From assembly GCA_036172245.1 (NCBI GenBank), contig JAYWIR010000046.1:372001-436000 (forward strand): a DNA stretch of 64,000 nucleotides, in the 5' to 3' direction. Source of the DNA: Raillietiella orientalis (Eukaryota). Shown piece by piece: positions 1 through 12,330 of the stretch (position 1 is its first letter; every line of letters begins with the position of its first letter). A model generated the notes under the pieces. That model was not told where the DNA came from and did not search any database. It saw only the letters and a program-made list of their open reading frames with translations. Both the position numbers and the translations under genes were made by a program.

Positions 1-3000
1 CGAGAATAACAGAAGGATGAGCAAGGATCACTGACAAAGCGAGATGGGAGGAAGCCTGAACGCGATAAGTATTCGGTTTGGGCGCGATGGAAGAAACGCC
101 ATTCTCAGCATCAGTTCGAGGGGAGGCCACCCATCCGAGATCTCACTCATCTCAGTCCTGCTCTTGCTGCATAGGGAAACCGCCCAAAGGAAAGCCATTC
201 GATGCTGCAAGACGTGAAGATTGGATGGGCTGAAAAAGTCAAAGCCATGAGGTATTGGAAAGGGGACAGTAGGAAGAGTAAAAGCAGAGTCTTTGAGTTT
301 GAACAGATGAAGAAGAGATTGATTTCCGGACAAGGACTCTTGGAGTTAAAATCCTCAGTTCCATTCTCATTTCTTCTTCTCTTGGAGATGCTTTTGGACG
401 TCGGTGGAGCTCATTTGCTCATGCAAAGGGAAGGAGAAAGCAGCAGGGCATGGAAATGAGAGCTTCTGGACACGCTGATATTTCTCTGAAAGCATCCCCA
501 TAACAGCTGTAGGATTCTTCAGTTTAAGGCGATCTCTAGCGAATGATGTTTCGGGAACAGGTTCAGAAGGAAGTGATTCTTCACGCGATTAAGATCAGAA
601 TTACTTCCACGGGACGTGTGATACTGGCTGTTTCGGACGCGACCAGCCACTTCTTTGTGCCAACCGAGCGAAGTGCTTCGACTTCCGTGTTAGTATTTTT
701 TTCCGAGGAGAGCTCCCCCGTTCAGTAATGAAGTTGCGGGAACCCTCTGTCTGCGTTTTCGAAATTTCATTTGAACACCAGAGAGTGAGTCGGATTTTTT
801 TAAAGGAGGATGAGCGAGCGAAGGACTTTGGGGTATCTTGGAACCGTAGGCGAGGAAACAGGAACAGACCAGACTCGGGAGAGTATTTAAAGGGAAGCAC
901 ATCCAGCAAGAACTTGGATGAGCTAGACAGGATGAAGATGTGCAAGTGGTAAAGAAGACGGTCATAGTAAAACCACTTCCGGGAAGGAGTTTGGTTATAG
1001 ATGCTGAACGCCGAAGTCTCCGAACCATCAAAAAATACCGTGTGGAAGTCTCGAAAGATCACAAACATGTCTATATATGGACTGATATATATTATAAAGG
1101 TTATTAAAAATAAATACATACGCTCATTATGCACATTGTGCAATTGCCCATAATCCATCCGTGTTCCTTTGAAAGTTAACAGTTACGATAGTACAAATAA
1201 AAGGAAGGGTTCCATATGTGGGATTTTTCTTTTTTGTTTTTCTCCGCTACTTTTAATCGCCATCATTTTTTTTCCTTTTTTTAAAATTCGATGCTTATGT
1301 ACTCATTTAATATGCATTCACTACACATATGAATATTTACTCTATGCATAAACATTCATGTAGTATATATAAATACATATAAATATAAACATATATGCTT
1401 ATTTTTTATAACCTTTAATACACATATATTAATATTTTATTAGCATACAATATGAATTGCAATAATATCATGTATTTTAGTAAATATTAATATGTATGCC
1501 AAAATGAATGTGTGTATCTATACATACATACATATGATGTTCAACAAATACATATGATGTTTAATATAAATACATATGATATGATATGTATGTAAATACT
1601 ATAATAATATACATAATGAGCTCATATTTTTATCTTTTTATGATCTTTCGAGATCTCGACATCTGGAACTGTGATCGGCACCGGTGGGGGAGTCCCAGAG
1701 GGTCCCTCTCTGCTCTCGCCGCAAGAGGGTTTCTTAGTTCTTTGCACCCTCGTGAGACAGCACAGTAGGAGATTTCGAGGGAACCGAGAGAAACAACACA
1801 AGCAATCGCTTGCTGGGCATCCTCAAGCGCCACCCAGCTTCTGGGAGGAAGTGGCGAAAAGAAAAGGGCGCTAACGAGTTGTCGCGGTCGTCGTCTTTTG
1901 TCACAGGGGTCGGTGAAGCTTTCATCGTCTCTGCAGTGAGACCCAAGACCAATAGCCCGTGCTTAGGCAAGAAAGTAACTTCTTCACCGTACCTTCGCAC
2001 GCCCTCTGTATGCTTTGCTTGTTCCCGACAGGCTCTTGGGGTTCGGGGAAGACCAATATTTCAGCTGTATTTCAGCTGGAAGGGCAATAGGGGAAATGTA
2101 TTCTTAAAATATTTTTAGTATTAACTAAATGAGTTTTAAATTTAATTGTTGCCTGTTTGGTGGGCAACTGAAGTCCGACAATGCGTAGCTCTTTAAGGAT
2201 TTTCCAAGAGTATAAGGAGTGGTATCCAAGATGCAGGAACGGAAAGGGGAAGCAGGAGCAATTCGCCAGCTCTGGGAGGGCAGTTTCATCTCCGAAGATG
2301 AATACGTAGGTTAGCACACCGGATGCTTGACGGCGCGGCAACGAGGCCCTGTGTTACCCATCCTTCCCTACCAACGTGCGAACAAGCGAGCTGTGCACCT
2401 GTGAAATCTTTTCCGTTGCCATGGAACGCGTTCTCAGACGTAGACGTTAAGGAGAAGCAGACTACTTGCGTGGGTGGGAACTCCGAAATCAGACAGCTCT
2501 AAGGAAATGGAGGCGCACTCTTTGGGATCCGCCTCTTCAGTGGGGAGAGCGGATGTTCTGGAAAAGCCTCCCGTGTTTTGAGTTCCAGAAGCAGCGTGGA
2601 TGGCGGAGCCCGTGGGCCGATCCCCACGGATCGTCCCGCCGGTGTGGACGGGGAGCCGTTCGAAAGAGCTGGCCGGATCCCTTCCGAAGGTTCTTTTCCG
2701 CTTGGGAGAATTCAGAAGGTCAAGGTGGAAGGAGGTCACGGCCGAAGAGCGTTAGAGAGAGGGAGCATGGAACCCGAGCTCGCACCACCCGGATTCGTCG
2801 GTTTGGAAACAGGTGCTGGGGGAGGGAGGAGATTACTTCCATGGAAGCCACCTGTGCTGCTACGCCCTCTCTGAAGAAACGCTCGCAGCGGCGGCGTTCA
2901 AAGACGCTTAAGAAGCCGCTGACCTCTAGCCATTCTGGCAGACTCTTCGCTCGATTTCATTTAAGGCTTCGTCGTTCTTGGGATACGGATCCCTTTCCCC

Positions 3001-3850
3001 ATCTCTTCTCAATGGCCTACGGCTGCTTCCTTCTCTTGCTGCTGACTGAAGATCTCCGGGTGAACCTTTTTTCGGGAGGGAGCCGTTCCCATATCCCGCT
3101 CTTTTCCCAAGGGGCTTTCCAAGTTTTCAGGAAAGCACGTGAGGATTAGAGGGACAAGATCTTCATGTGAAGGGGGGAGCGCCGCTGGGGCCTGGAAGGC
3201 TACTCAGGAAACCCATCGTTCGGGAGCTCGGTAGAGGTGGAGGAAGAGAACGGGAGTGGGGAAGAGCCACGAAGAAATCCCCGATTCTCGCAGGCTGTCG
3301 AAGTAGGGAGCCAGAGTAGGTTAAAATTGGCCCAGGGGAGAGGGAAGGGGGTGTCTGAGAACTTGGGACCTGTCGACCTGATCGAGGGCACGATGCGGTG
3401 TCCACACCACCTACGGGGCTAGGCTAAACAGGACAAGACCGGGATGGCGAGAGACGCATCTGCAGCGGATCCTCGTGGCTGCATGGCCAGAGGGGAAATA
3501 AACACATTTCGTTCTGAGGACGAAATCCGCGGCTATCTTTCTTGGATGGCAAGGGAAGGGAGGAGAAACCAAGGAGGTGATTTTCTATTCGTCGACCTGG
3601 AAGTTACTAGCACTTGATCGCGAGCATGCGCGCGTGTAGGGGTATCCCCGCTGTATGGCAACGTCGAGACCTTGCATGGACTTTGCTTGTTTTCCGCTTC
3701 TCGGCCAGGCGGTTTTTCTCGGAATTATCCTCACACGTTTTCTCGCTTGCGGCTGCAAGCTCTCGATGTTCCCGGAGTTTGAATTCGGGGATCAGCAGGC
3801 GTTGCCTCTTACTGTCTTCCTCCACGCCACTGTTTCTGTGAAATGCGCGT
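1..3850 (-). mobile_element. Decayed non-LTR retrotransposon (I/Jockey/R1-like): gag-like ORF1 remnant followed by AP-endonuclease remnant; runs off the left edge
   Basis: Minus-strand translation across frameshifts gives zinc-knuckle-like remnants at about 3350-3530 (KCVYFPSGHAATRIRCRC...TPHRALD...GPKF). APE-like motifs follow in the correct order: KHGLLVLGLTAET (about 1920-1970), AQQAIACVVSLGSLEISYCAV (about 1760-1820) and FLMV/GDFGVQH (about 1000-1035). Many stops and frameshifts; boundaries approximate. Confidence 0.55.
1049..1659. mobile_element. AT-rich insertion with terminal inverted repeats (MITE/fold-back-like) inside the LINE endonuclease remnant
   Basis: TCTCGAAAGATCA (1049-1061) is the exact reverse complement of TGATCTTTCGAGA (1641-1653). 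TCTCGA occurs directly at 1049-1054 and 1654-1659. The interior is very AT-rich, with three ATACATATGAT repeats at about 1528-1580. Confidence 0.6.
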
Positions 3851-4059
3851 GGGAGTGCGTTCTTCTCCCTATTTTGCGTTGATAAATCGAATTGAACGGC
3901 TCTTCAAGTCCATCAACTCCCTCTGCTAGTTGCTCCGATTATTTTTTTTTTTTTTCTTCTAGAATCATCAAGTTGGCTGATCAAGGCGAACCCTTCCTAA
4001 GGCGTAGCTTAATGTGTGGTTTTTACCCACTGACTTCGTGACCAAGAAATCTGTGGTCA

Positions 4060-4700
4060 CTCTTCTGGAAGATGGAACCAGTTAACCAGTGGGGATGACC
4101 AGTTAACATCTCTTCCAAATGAAACTAAATGAATGGGCTGAAAGAAGGTCACGGTCCAGCTTGCAAATAACAGAAGTGAGGGAATCAGCCAGGAGGAGGG
4201 AAATTTTTGATAGCTTCTACGGAAACCGTCTGGGGTTGCCCGTCTCCCGACCCAAGCTGCTAAAGAGATTTCCAAAAGTACCTTCAAGCGACTCTGGAAA
4301 CCCGCGCGCATTTAAGAGTGCAAGCAAACAAAGGACGAAGGAACAAATAAATAAACAGCATGCAACCGCGTCTTTGACTGTTTGATGATTCCCTTTACTG
4401 AGCTATGGAAAAGAGAAGTGGTGCTAATTGGGGTGATAAGCAGGACGAAAGGCTGCTTAGCCCTGGCAGATCACTATCTTCATCATTTATACAATCCGGT
4501 TGGCGCGATGCAAAAAATTCTCAGGAAGAAATTTCCATCTGTTGATTCATGCACCTCAACTCAAATGATTATCAGATCTGGACTTCAACAGCGACAAAGA
4601 AACGAAGAGAGGCACAGACACAGAGGAATCAGTGACACAGCGAGTGATAAGACCTGCGAGGGAACTCTCCCCAAAATGATGAATGATTCCTATGTGTGGC
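4060..4700 (+). mobile_element. Faint L1-like reverse transcriptase/thumb remnant
   Basis: Degenerate motifs in order: LTSGDDQL (xADD-like), RLGLPVSRPKLL (YLGLPL-like) and ERHRHRGISD (EGGLGIxD-like). By-eye match only. Confidence 0.3.
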
Positions 4701-5349
4701 GGCCGCAGTAACTCTTTTGGCGGAAACGACTTCACAGGTTCGAAGGCAATACAGTGGAAGATTTCCGAGCGCGGAAGCCAAAGGAGAGCAAGACGCGTCA
4801 ATGTACCATCGCGAGATTTTAATCAGATGCTGTTTTGAAATTTCTCTGCTGTCTGCGTGCGAGGCGATATATCACTCTCGCTGTCACGTTCAAGTGCTTC
4901 CGGAACGGGGAGCCTCAGTGATGCACATGTTGCACTTTGAACAGATTGAAAAACTTTCGGGATCTCCTTTTATGATTAGGTACTTACCATTATGTAATAA
5001 CCCTTCTTCTTCCATAGTGATCATGAGTCCCACATGCTCATAATACTCTCCAACCACTAAAATAACTAAGACAAATTTATGGTCATGCGTCGTACAATTA
5101 AATTGTACATTGCACGAATTGCATTACACTGATTATGCGAATATCCATATATGCCATTAGCACTATACTTGATACAGAATACGTTAACACGTGTGCATTA
5201 ACCTTGCTGTAAATAATGCACATTACTAACTCTTGAGTGTGGTGTTTCAACAAGCATCCTATTACCGACATACACCCTCGGAATCCCAAATCGGCACGGT
5301 TTGAGGAATCATTTGTGTAAACGACTCTGTCAGAGCAGCGAATGCCAAA

Positions 5350-5960
5350 CTTCCATTTTCCGGAATCCCAGGCAGTTAGACAACAGGAAAATGAAACTCA
5401 TCACAGCTCGCGTGACATAATTCGGCTTGGGGAGCTTGGCTTCCTGCTCTTAAAAGATGAGCTTCGGAGTCAAATGTGCCGAACGTGGGTGCGGATGAAA
5501 TTGGACAGCTGCGGTATCAGATCTCTGAGAACCGGCGATACACGACAGGAGTTTTGGCGTTCATTCGATTAACCAAAGTCCCAAATCCTCCTCCTCTAAC
5601 TTCTGCATCAATTTAGGAAAACACTGAAACCCTGCGCGATTCGGAATACCTATACCTCCTGGTGTGGCTCACAGCTTCCGTTGCCAGCACCTGAGCGAAT
5701 CTAAGCGGATCGCCTTTATTCCTTGTTCTGAGAAGCATGCCCAAAAGCCCTGTAAGATTTTAGCAGAACCATTTTACTCATGAAGTTCTGAAAAGTGATG
5801 CCCTATTGTCTTTTCGATCTTGGATCCGGCTTTTTCACCTCAGATCTCTTCGAAAACTTTCACGAACGGCCGAACTCCCGTGTTTTCCTTGGATTTGCTC
5901 TTTACTCGGCCTGCGCAAAGCGTGCCCCAAGCATCGGACCCCCCGTAACAAATCGAGCCA
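5350..5960 (+). mobile_element. Faint CR1/L2/Jockey-type reverse transcriptase remnant
   Basis: KLDSCGIR (KLxxYGIxG-like), PPGVAH/ASV (GVPQGSV-like), CKILAE (LFADD-like) and VFLGFALYS (YLGVxLDS-like) appear in canonical order across frameshifts. Confidence 0.35.
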
Positions 5961-7387
5961 CTGCTTCGAGAGTCTGTTTGCCTTGCTTCTCAAAGTGCAT
6001 GCTATGCATTTCGTTCTCATCATGACGTGCTGTTTCATATCAGCATATCATTTTCTGTCTATAGTGGTCCATGTTTTCTTTTGGATCCTCTGTTATGTTG
6101 CAGAATGAATTTCCCATTAAATATGACTCTCATATCAGGTTTTGAGTCTTTAGGCATCGTCACAAATTAACCATGTTACTCTCTGTAACAAGTGCTTACT
6201 CCTTCACAAGATGACCTTGATAAATTTGGATGAACAGTAGACATGCGTCAGAGACAGAGTTTGAGGTTCTAAAGGTAGGCGGCTTATTGCTTCCTGTCTT
6301 CAGAATATGTACCATTAATGACGATGCGAAATATTCTTGTTGAATCTGCAAGGGTCTCCTTTTGGGCGGACGTCACCACATGTGACACTCTCAACCATTC
6401 CTGATGCTGGAAGACAAGTCACTTGACTGCAATCGACTAATAAGCTGGAAAGCTGATTTCTAAAAGTTGCGTTCTTTTCCGAGAGAATTTTCTTGCTCGG
6501 GAAATAAATTCAGCCCTTCTTTTCCAGTGTCGTTTATCTTGCAGAAGACCTCTCTCAGAAGACCCTTTCTACCATTTCTCTTTCTTAGTCCTGTTTCCCA
6601 TTTGTTCCGGCTTGGCTCTTCAGGAATTCCTCGATAAAAAAATATCAATCCACACTTTGGACGCTTCCTTCGTCAAAGTCTGTCTTCAGTTCCAATCGCT
6701 TTCCAATCGTCCCTCTGTCCTTTATTCTCCTTAGTTCGAATTTTGCTTCACTAAAAACCAGATCATTTTAAGATTCTGCAATTTTCCTTCTAGGAGAACT
6801 CTTCCAAAGTACGAAATATCTCCAAACTATCGTTCCCAAAGTCCCAGAATCACCTGTATCATAATTAATTAGATCGTTCCTTCGAAGAGCGAGTTGAAGC
6901 TGATGGAATTAGTGAGGAATATCTTCCTAAACCAACGGAATAATTGGGGAAGGAATTATTCATGCTCCAAACTCCTATAAGCACGGAACTGATAAAGGAT
7001 TTAGGATAAATCGGAATGTTATTGTTATCCATTTAGTTGTCTGTACTTAAGAAATAACGGGCACCGATTCAAATACGGATGTGTATTTCAAGGCAGATAA
7101 CTGTGTACCGAAGTTATATTGCAGAATCACACCTTTCCTCTAGTGTTCTGTGCTGCTTGTCGTTGGGAATCCTTTTTAGTATGTATTACTTTTCGATAAA
7201 GCAAACACGATGGATAGCAGATTACATGTGAACGTACTGTGACACAGGCAACGCGATCTTCAGATATGGATCGTGTAAATAAGCTACAAGAAAGAGGACC
7301 ACTACACGCTGATCATCAGACAAAATATTCTGCAAATTGGTGGAGTTAAGTGACTGTTTAAAAGCATATCAAAGCAGCTATACTCAC

Positions 7388-7697
7388 TTCTACTCTCTGT
7401 TTGAATTTTCCTTAAAAGTGATGGAAAGGGATTTTTCTGGTAGTTGTGGTAGTAATCGCTGTAGAATCTTTCTCTCCAGAACTCCATAAACCGGACTTGA
7501 ATGCCCGATTTTTTAAGGCGGAGTGCAATGCTGTTGGCTATTTCTCGGAAGTCGGAACGGTATAAGATGGAGACGATGTTCCATTTGAAATGCAGCAACG
7601 TGGAAACCAATGGTTTGGCGATCTGGCTGTCAGGAGGGCGAGCTCTCACAAAAGTTCGATAAATGGACTTATCCGAAGTTCTGTAGTCGAGGCAGAA
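7388..7697 (-). CDS. Gyc32E: Receptor guanylyl cyclase (Gyc32E-like), coding exon 3, extracellular ligand-binding domain
   Basis: Acceptor TTTTCAG ends at 7698 and donor GTGAGT starts at 7387; 310 nt, phase 0 to phase 1. Encodes FCLDYRTSDKSIYRTFVRARPPDSQIAKPLVSTLLHFKWNIVSILY...NPFPSLLRKIQTESR, matching the receptor-GC motif FCxxxxxSxKxxFPTFARTRPPDxQI. Confidence 0.93.
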
Positions 7698-8083
7698 CTG
7701 AAAATATGCGCCAAATAGATATGACTGTTTAGCAAACCAGTCACAAGAGCTGTTATACTCCCCGACAGCATAAATCTAAAGAGAAAACATCTTTATCGGA
7801 AAAAAAAATTTGATTTAAAAAAAGAGAAAACAAAAAGCATTGCAGCTGGAAGAGTACCACGAAACTTCGCAAAAGTATTTTGGTGTCCACTCACAGTTCA
7901 GATTATTGAGACCGATCGTCTATAGCTAGATGAATTTAACGTTCCATCCGTACCTTCTGGATCAGTACAACGAATAAGAATTACTGAACTGAAACTGTGG
8001 TCTTGGTTTCATAAAGCACCTCGTTTGTAGTTTTTTGAAGTTTCGCGAAAACACAAGCAGTAAATTTTCCGATAAAGACTCAC

Positions 8084-8376
8084 GTATGATATCATGACTA
8101 AATTGAAGCTGTCCGCCATCTTGGCTTCATGGAAGCAGGTCTCCTGAGGACCAATGTACGCATCCACGTCTATAGCCCATAAATGAGCAGTCTGCAGAAT
8201 GCTTTGATCTTCCCTCCCATAAGTTTCGGCAATTGTAAGATTCAAAGCATGGCCTCCAATCAAAGTGTGATTTTGATTTATCTCTTCAATTGCAAGAGTG
8301 ATGGCTCCCGATATAGAGATACCTGGTCTATTATAACTCCTGTCTCCTGCATAACGGTGAGATCCTGTCAAATATC
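8084..8376 (-). CDS. Gyc32E: Receptor guanylyl cyclase (Gyc32E-like), coding exon 2, extracellular ligand-binding domain
   Basis: Acceptor TCTTCTAG ends at 8377 and donor GTGAGT starts at 8083; 293 nt, phase 1 to phase 0. Encodes (G)YLTGSHRYAGDRSYNRPGISISGAITLAIEEIN...AETYGREDQSILQTAHLW...AYIGPQETCFHEAKMADSFNLVMISY, typical of arthropod Gyc32E-type cyclases. Confidence 0.93.
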
Positions 8377-9980
8377 CTAGAAGACAAATGCATACAAAAG
8401 TATCTGAGACTACACCTTTCGCGATTGCACCCTACTGAAATAGGATTAGGACGAGAGTGGGGCAGAACAGTATCGATTCTCATTTTCCTGAGAATAACAG
8501 CATTGTCTAGATGGCAGAAGTTTGGGATTTTTGCTTCAACTGGAAGGTTTCAGCATTTTTCCCATTGCGAGCGGCTTACTCAACTTTGATTTTTACTCGA
8601 AAATTCTCTTAGCCTCCTTCGTTCGCTCAGTCTTCAATCTCTTGTTCTCATTAGTTCTCGAGAGGAGTGGTCTTTCTTGTTTGGTGCGCAAGCGCACACG
8701 CGGTCTTAGTACAGTGCAAGATGATCGTTCAGATACACGTCCCCCGATACACGTGTTCCCTTCTGCAATGGTGATTTGAAGACCAACATTTTACTAGCGT
8801 GCAATTACAACCAGTTTTCGTCGGCCGATACAACTTCAGGTTGCTAGCATTCTCGTTCAGAAAGCCCCGAGTCCTCGAGTCTGTTCCCAGACTAAATGCA
8901 TACAACTGCTTCAAATTAAACCATATATACGAAAGGATGTATCCGCTGTATAGAGAAGCCGATATCGCTTCTTCGTTTCTCATCTTGGAGAAGCGAAGTC
9001 ACTGAAAAGGCTGTATTCTTCCAAGAAGCATAATTCCAGAACATAGAGTCATTTAACGATTTTGAAGGCTCATCCTGGTCAGCTCGAATTTCACGAGAGT
9101 TTCATCTCATCTGAGAAGTATCAAACACGAGTCTGTATCACACACAGTCTCTTTAGCTATGAGATGTTATGAAGAATTCTTGTCCGTTTCCAAGTTCCAG
9201 TGTTCACTTTCATTTCTCAACATTACAGTCCACTAAGTAATGAAATTATTGATTTCTAGATGATTCTTCTCTCCCATTATTTGTAAGAAGCAGTCTTCTG
9301 TAATCGATAAAGTCGAGAAAGTTGTAGTTGGATTGATAGTGCTGGAGTTGGATATCCCGGTAGCGTTGGTACTTTTTTTTCCCTTCCTTTATTCTAGAAG
9401 TAGCCTTACTGAAACCATCTCTTATTCCAGTAATACAATACTGTGTCTCTTTGAAAATCAATACCCAAAAATTCCTATCCATCTGCTCATGCATAAGATC
9501 ACGGACTTACGAGGAACGCTTAGAGGAGAATTCTCAAAGAACCAGCATTCCTCACCACTGCTTGCCCTATGATCTTTTTCTCTGTATGTCACTCCAAATG
9601 CTCCTATGTCTTAAAGTGTCTTCCAATCCTGCTAGAATTGCTTAATATCCGATATATATATTGCCTCTACGACTGTTCGCCATCCCGAGGGTGAACCGCT
9701 TTTAGGTATAAAAACAAGTTTAATGAATAAAGAAAAAGATCAAAGGTTTAATTAGATGAATCCTACATATTGGGTGCCAGTCCATAAGCTGTTCATCAAA
9801 TCACTCTATTTTCCTAATTAAGTCAAAACAGTCAACGTACAAAAAGCACAATGACTTCGAATTCCTACAAAGAAGAATGAAAATTTGCTAACCTCTAACC
9901 CAGAATCACTTAGCATGGTCATGAATCTTGCGGTTGCACATTATTTTTATCTGCTTAATGATCTCATGCTTTAAACTCAT

Positions 9981-10732
9981 AAGAATCTTAAGGTAAGGAA
10001 ACAATCAGAACGACCGTACAGCATGACCGACTGAGTAAATTACTAAATTCTGCAAAGTTGAGTGATATCAATCATAATGTCAAATTGTTAGATTCTGCAA
10101 ATGAAAAAAGAATAAATAATAGGTGATGAAAGAAACTTGCAGCATAAGATCATGGAATATGAATCACAGATGAGAAGAAAGCTAAGTTGTAGATTTATAC
10201 AGGACAAAAATCCACTTTGCAGTATATGAAAGGGAAGAAGGAAGGAACAGGTGACTGTTTTCTGCCTTGTCTTAGGTTCAAGTGAAACCTTTTATGATGT
10301 TTCTGCAAGGGACAAGCGTTTCTACAGTAATGACTTCATTTCTCGAAGAAAATATGAACTGATTCCATCAAATTCTGTCCTAATCTCCTCCACAGCCCTG
10401 TTTTTCTTACGCATCCAGTCAGTGAACCTTTTCACGTTTTGCTTTTCAAAAACGTTCTTTGGTAAGAGGAGGTAAAAGAGTTTGAGAGCCAAGCTCTGAA
10501 TAGCAGGTAGCGTTTGGCTTGCTGCAGTAAAGCGAGGGTTTTCCTGAAAAATGCCAATTTTGAGAAAGTCATCAGGTCAGGTTCTTTCTGAGATTCGACA
10601 CTGATTCCTCTGTTCGTGAACATACAGCCAGATGTTCTTAGAAACAGTCATGAACTCCGGCCTCTCATTTTCCGACCCAGCAATATCGGACTGTCAAAAG
10701 AATCTTAAGGTAAGTAAACAATCAGAATGACC
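9981..10732 (+). repeat. 35-bp dispersed direct repeat (9981-10015 and 10698-10732), 33/35 identical
   Basis: AAGAATCTTAAGGTAAGGAAACAATCAGAACGACC versus AAGAATCTTAAGGTAAGTAAACAATCAGAATGACC. Confidence 0.85.
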
Positions 10733-11999
10733 CGCCCTCTCGTGTGATATTCTCGTAGATGCTTTCTGTGAGGAGCAGTGGCAAAATCTCACAACTGTCC
10801 TAATCTCACGATCCTATTTGTTTCGAATTCTCACTGTGCCTTGATATAGATGGCGGAAACTAACAGAGGTCTTCGCTCATATCCCTTCCGGGTTAATTCT
10901 CCGATTCATTGTTTTCTAAAATTAGGCACACGATTGACATCTTGTCGAGCCTACTGCTTTTATACCTTTGATATCTTTTCCCTCTTCATAGTAATCTGAC
11001 TCGACTCCTTGGGAAAAGAATTCATATTGTGAGTTGAGCTGAGTCACATGAGATACAATCACAAGTCATCTCCTGACCCGCCCATGAAGTTGGAAGCTTC
11101 TGACGAAAACATAATGACGTCTTTCCATAATGACGAACATATCGTTAGCCTTATCTTTCCTTACAGCACGAGCCTCTCGGTTCTCACGAGAGTATCCCTA
11201 GCTTCGTGCCTTGCATGCAGGTGAAGTGCATGCTCCTGTCAAAGAAACTTCTCTGAAGCTACAGTCTTGTAACTTCTTCGAAAGTTTGGTTGAGCAGGAA
11301 TTTTCATTAAATAGTAAGTTTGTATACTTTGAGCCTTTTTTCAAGGAACAAGTTCGTAGGAGAAATAGGGTCTAAGACAGTACACGTGATTGCATGTTGC
11401 CTTTTCTGCCTGTTCTCTAGTCCCGTTTCACTAGGTCTTCCCGTTTCTAAAGACAGAGAATAAAAGGGAAAAGGAAAATAGATAGAAACAAACAGGCATT
11501 CTCTGTTTTTCCTTTCCGTTTTTTTCAAAAAATCCAGCAGTTGGAAAGCTTTGGGAGGGATCTCACACTCATAATTCCTCTTCCACATTCCTCTCGATCA
11601 GCCAGCAGAGAGGAAAAAGTGTAAGGAGCTCCGTATGATGCAATCGATTCGACTCGGACCGCCATAAAACAAGAGCCAGCTTGGCAAATGGTGGCATCGA
11701 ATGCTGTTTTCGCCCATATCTCTGCTCTTTTTCCGTCCCGCATAATGCTCGCTTTCAGTGAGAGAGCACGGATGTAGTCCGCCTCTTTTGAAACACCAGC
11801 CTCATTCCTCCGTCACTACGATATTCTGCCCAAAGATCCCACCTTCAAGAGAAAGTGAGCTCCGTTTGACAGAAATGCAATGCATTTTCCTTAGAAACGC
11901 GAGTTAGATAGGACTCTCCCAGCACCGCGGCACTTCTGAATAGAATTCGCAAATGCCGCGTTGCAAACAGCATAGTCTCAACCTGAAGAATCCAAGCTA

Positions 12000-12330
12000 C
12001 TCACTCATCCTTGAAGTGGAAAGCTTGGACCTTTTGGACGCTTTGAGGTTTCTCATCCTCAGGAGAAATCAGAGTACTATCAGAATCACTCATCAAGTTC
12101 TTTAATAGGACCATGTCGCCTTTACCGAATGAGCTGAAGAGCTCCAAAATGAGAACGATGGAGCACCTATTCTTAGCACAAATATGGGTAATGATCAGAC
12201 TGGCTAGAGACTCGAAGATCATGGAACTCTTCATTCACTTTCCCCTGCTTTACGTCTGTATCCACGTACATCTGGTAGCAGTAAACCAGAGATTACGAAA
12301 CGCGGTGGGGCGGGACCATTGTCCCACTGA
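12000..12330 (+). mobile_element. Possible L1-type C-terminal zinc-finger (zf-RVT-like) remnant
   Basis: GPCRL...RTMEHLFLAQIW resembles CxxC...ETxEHLFxxC...W. Weak match. Confidence 0.25.

Noticed and set aside
2466..3149. 227-aa plus-strand ORF
   Set aside because: Arg-rich and antisense to the gag-like region of the decayed LINE.
8009..8083. C-terminal tail of ORF 8009-8371 (and 7302-7387 of the next ORF)
   Set aside because: Read-through past GTGAGT donors into introns; similarity to the cyclase stops at the donors.
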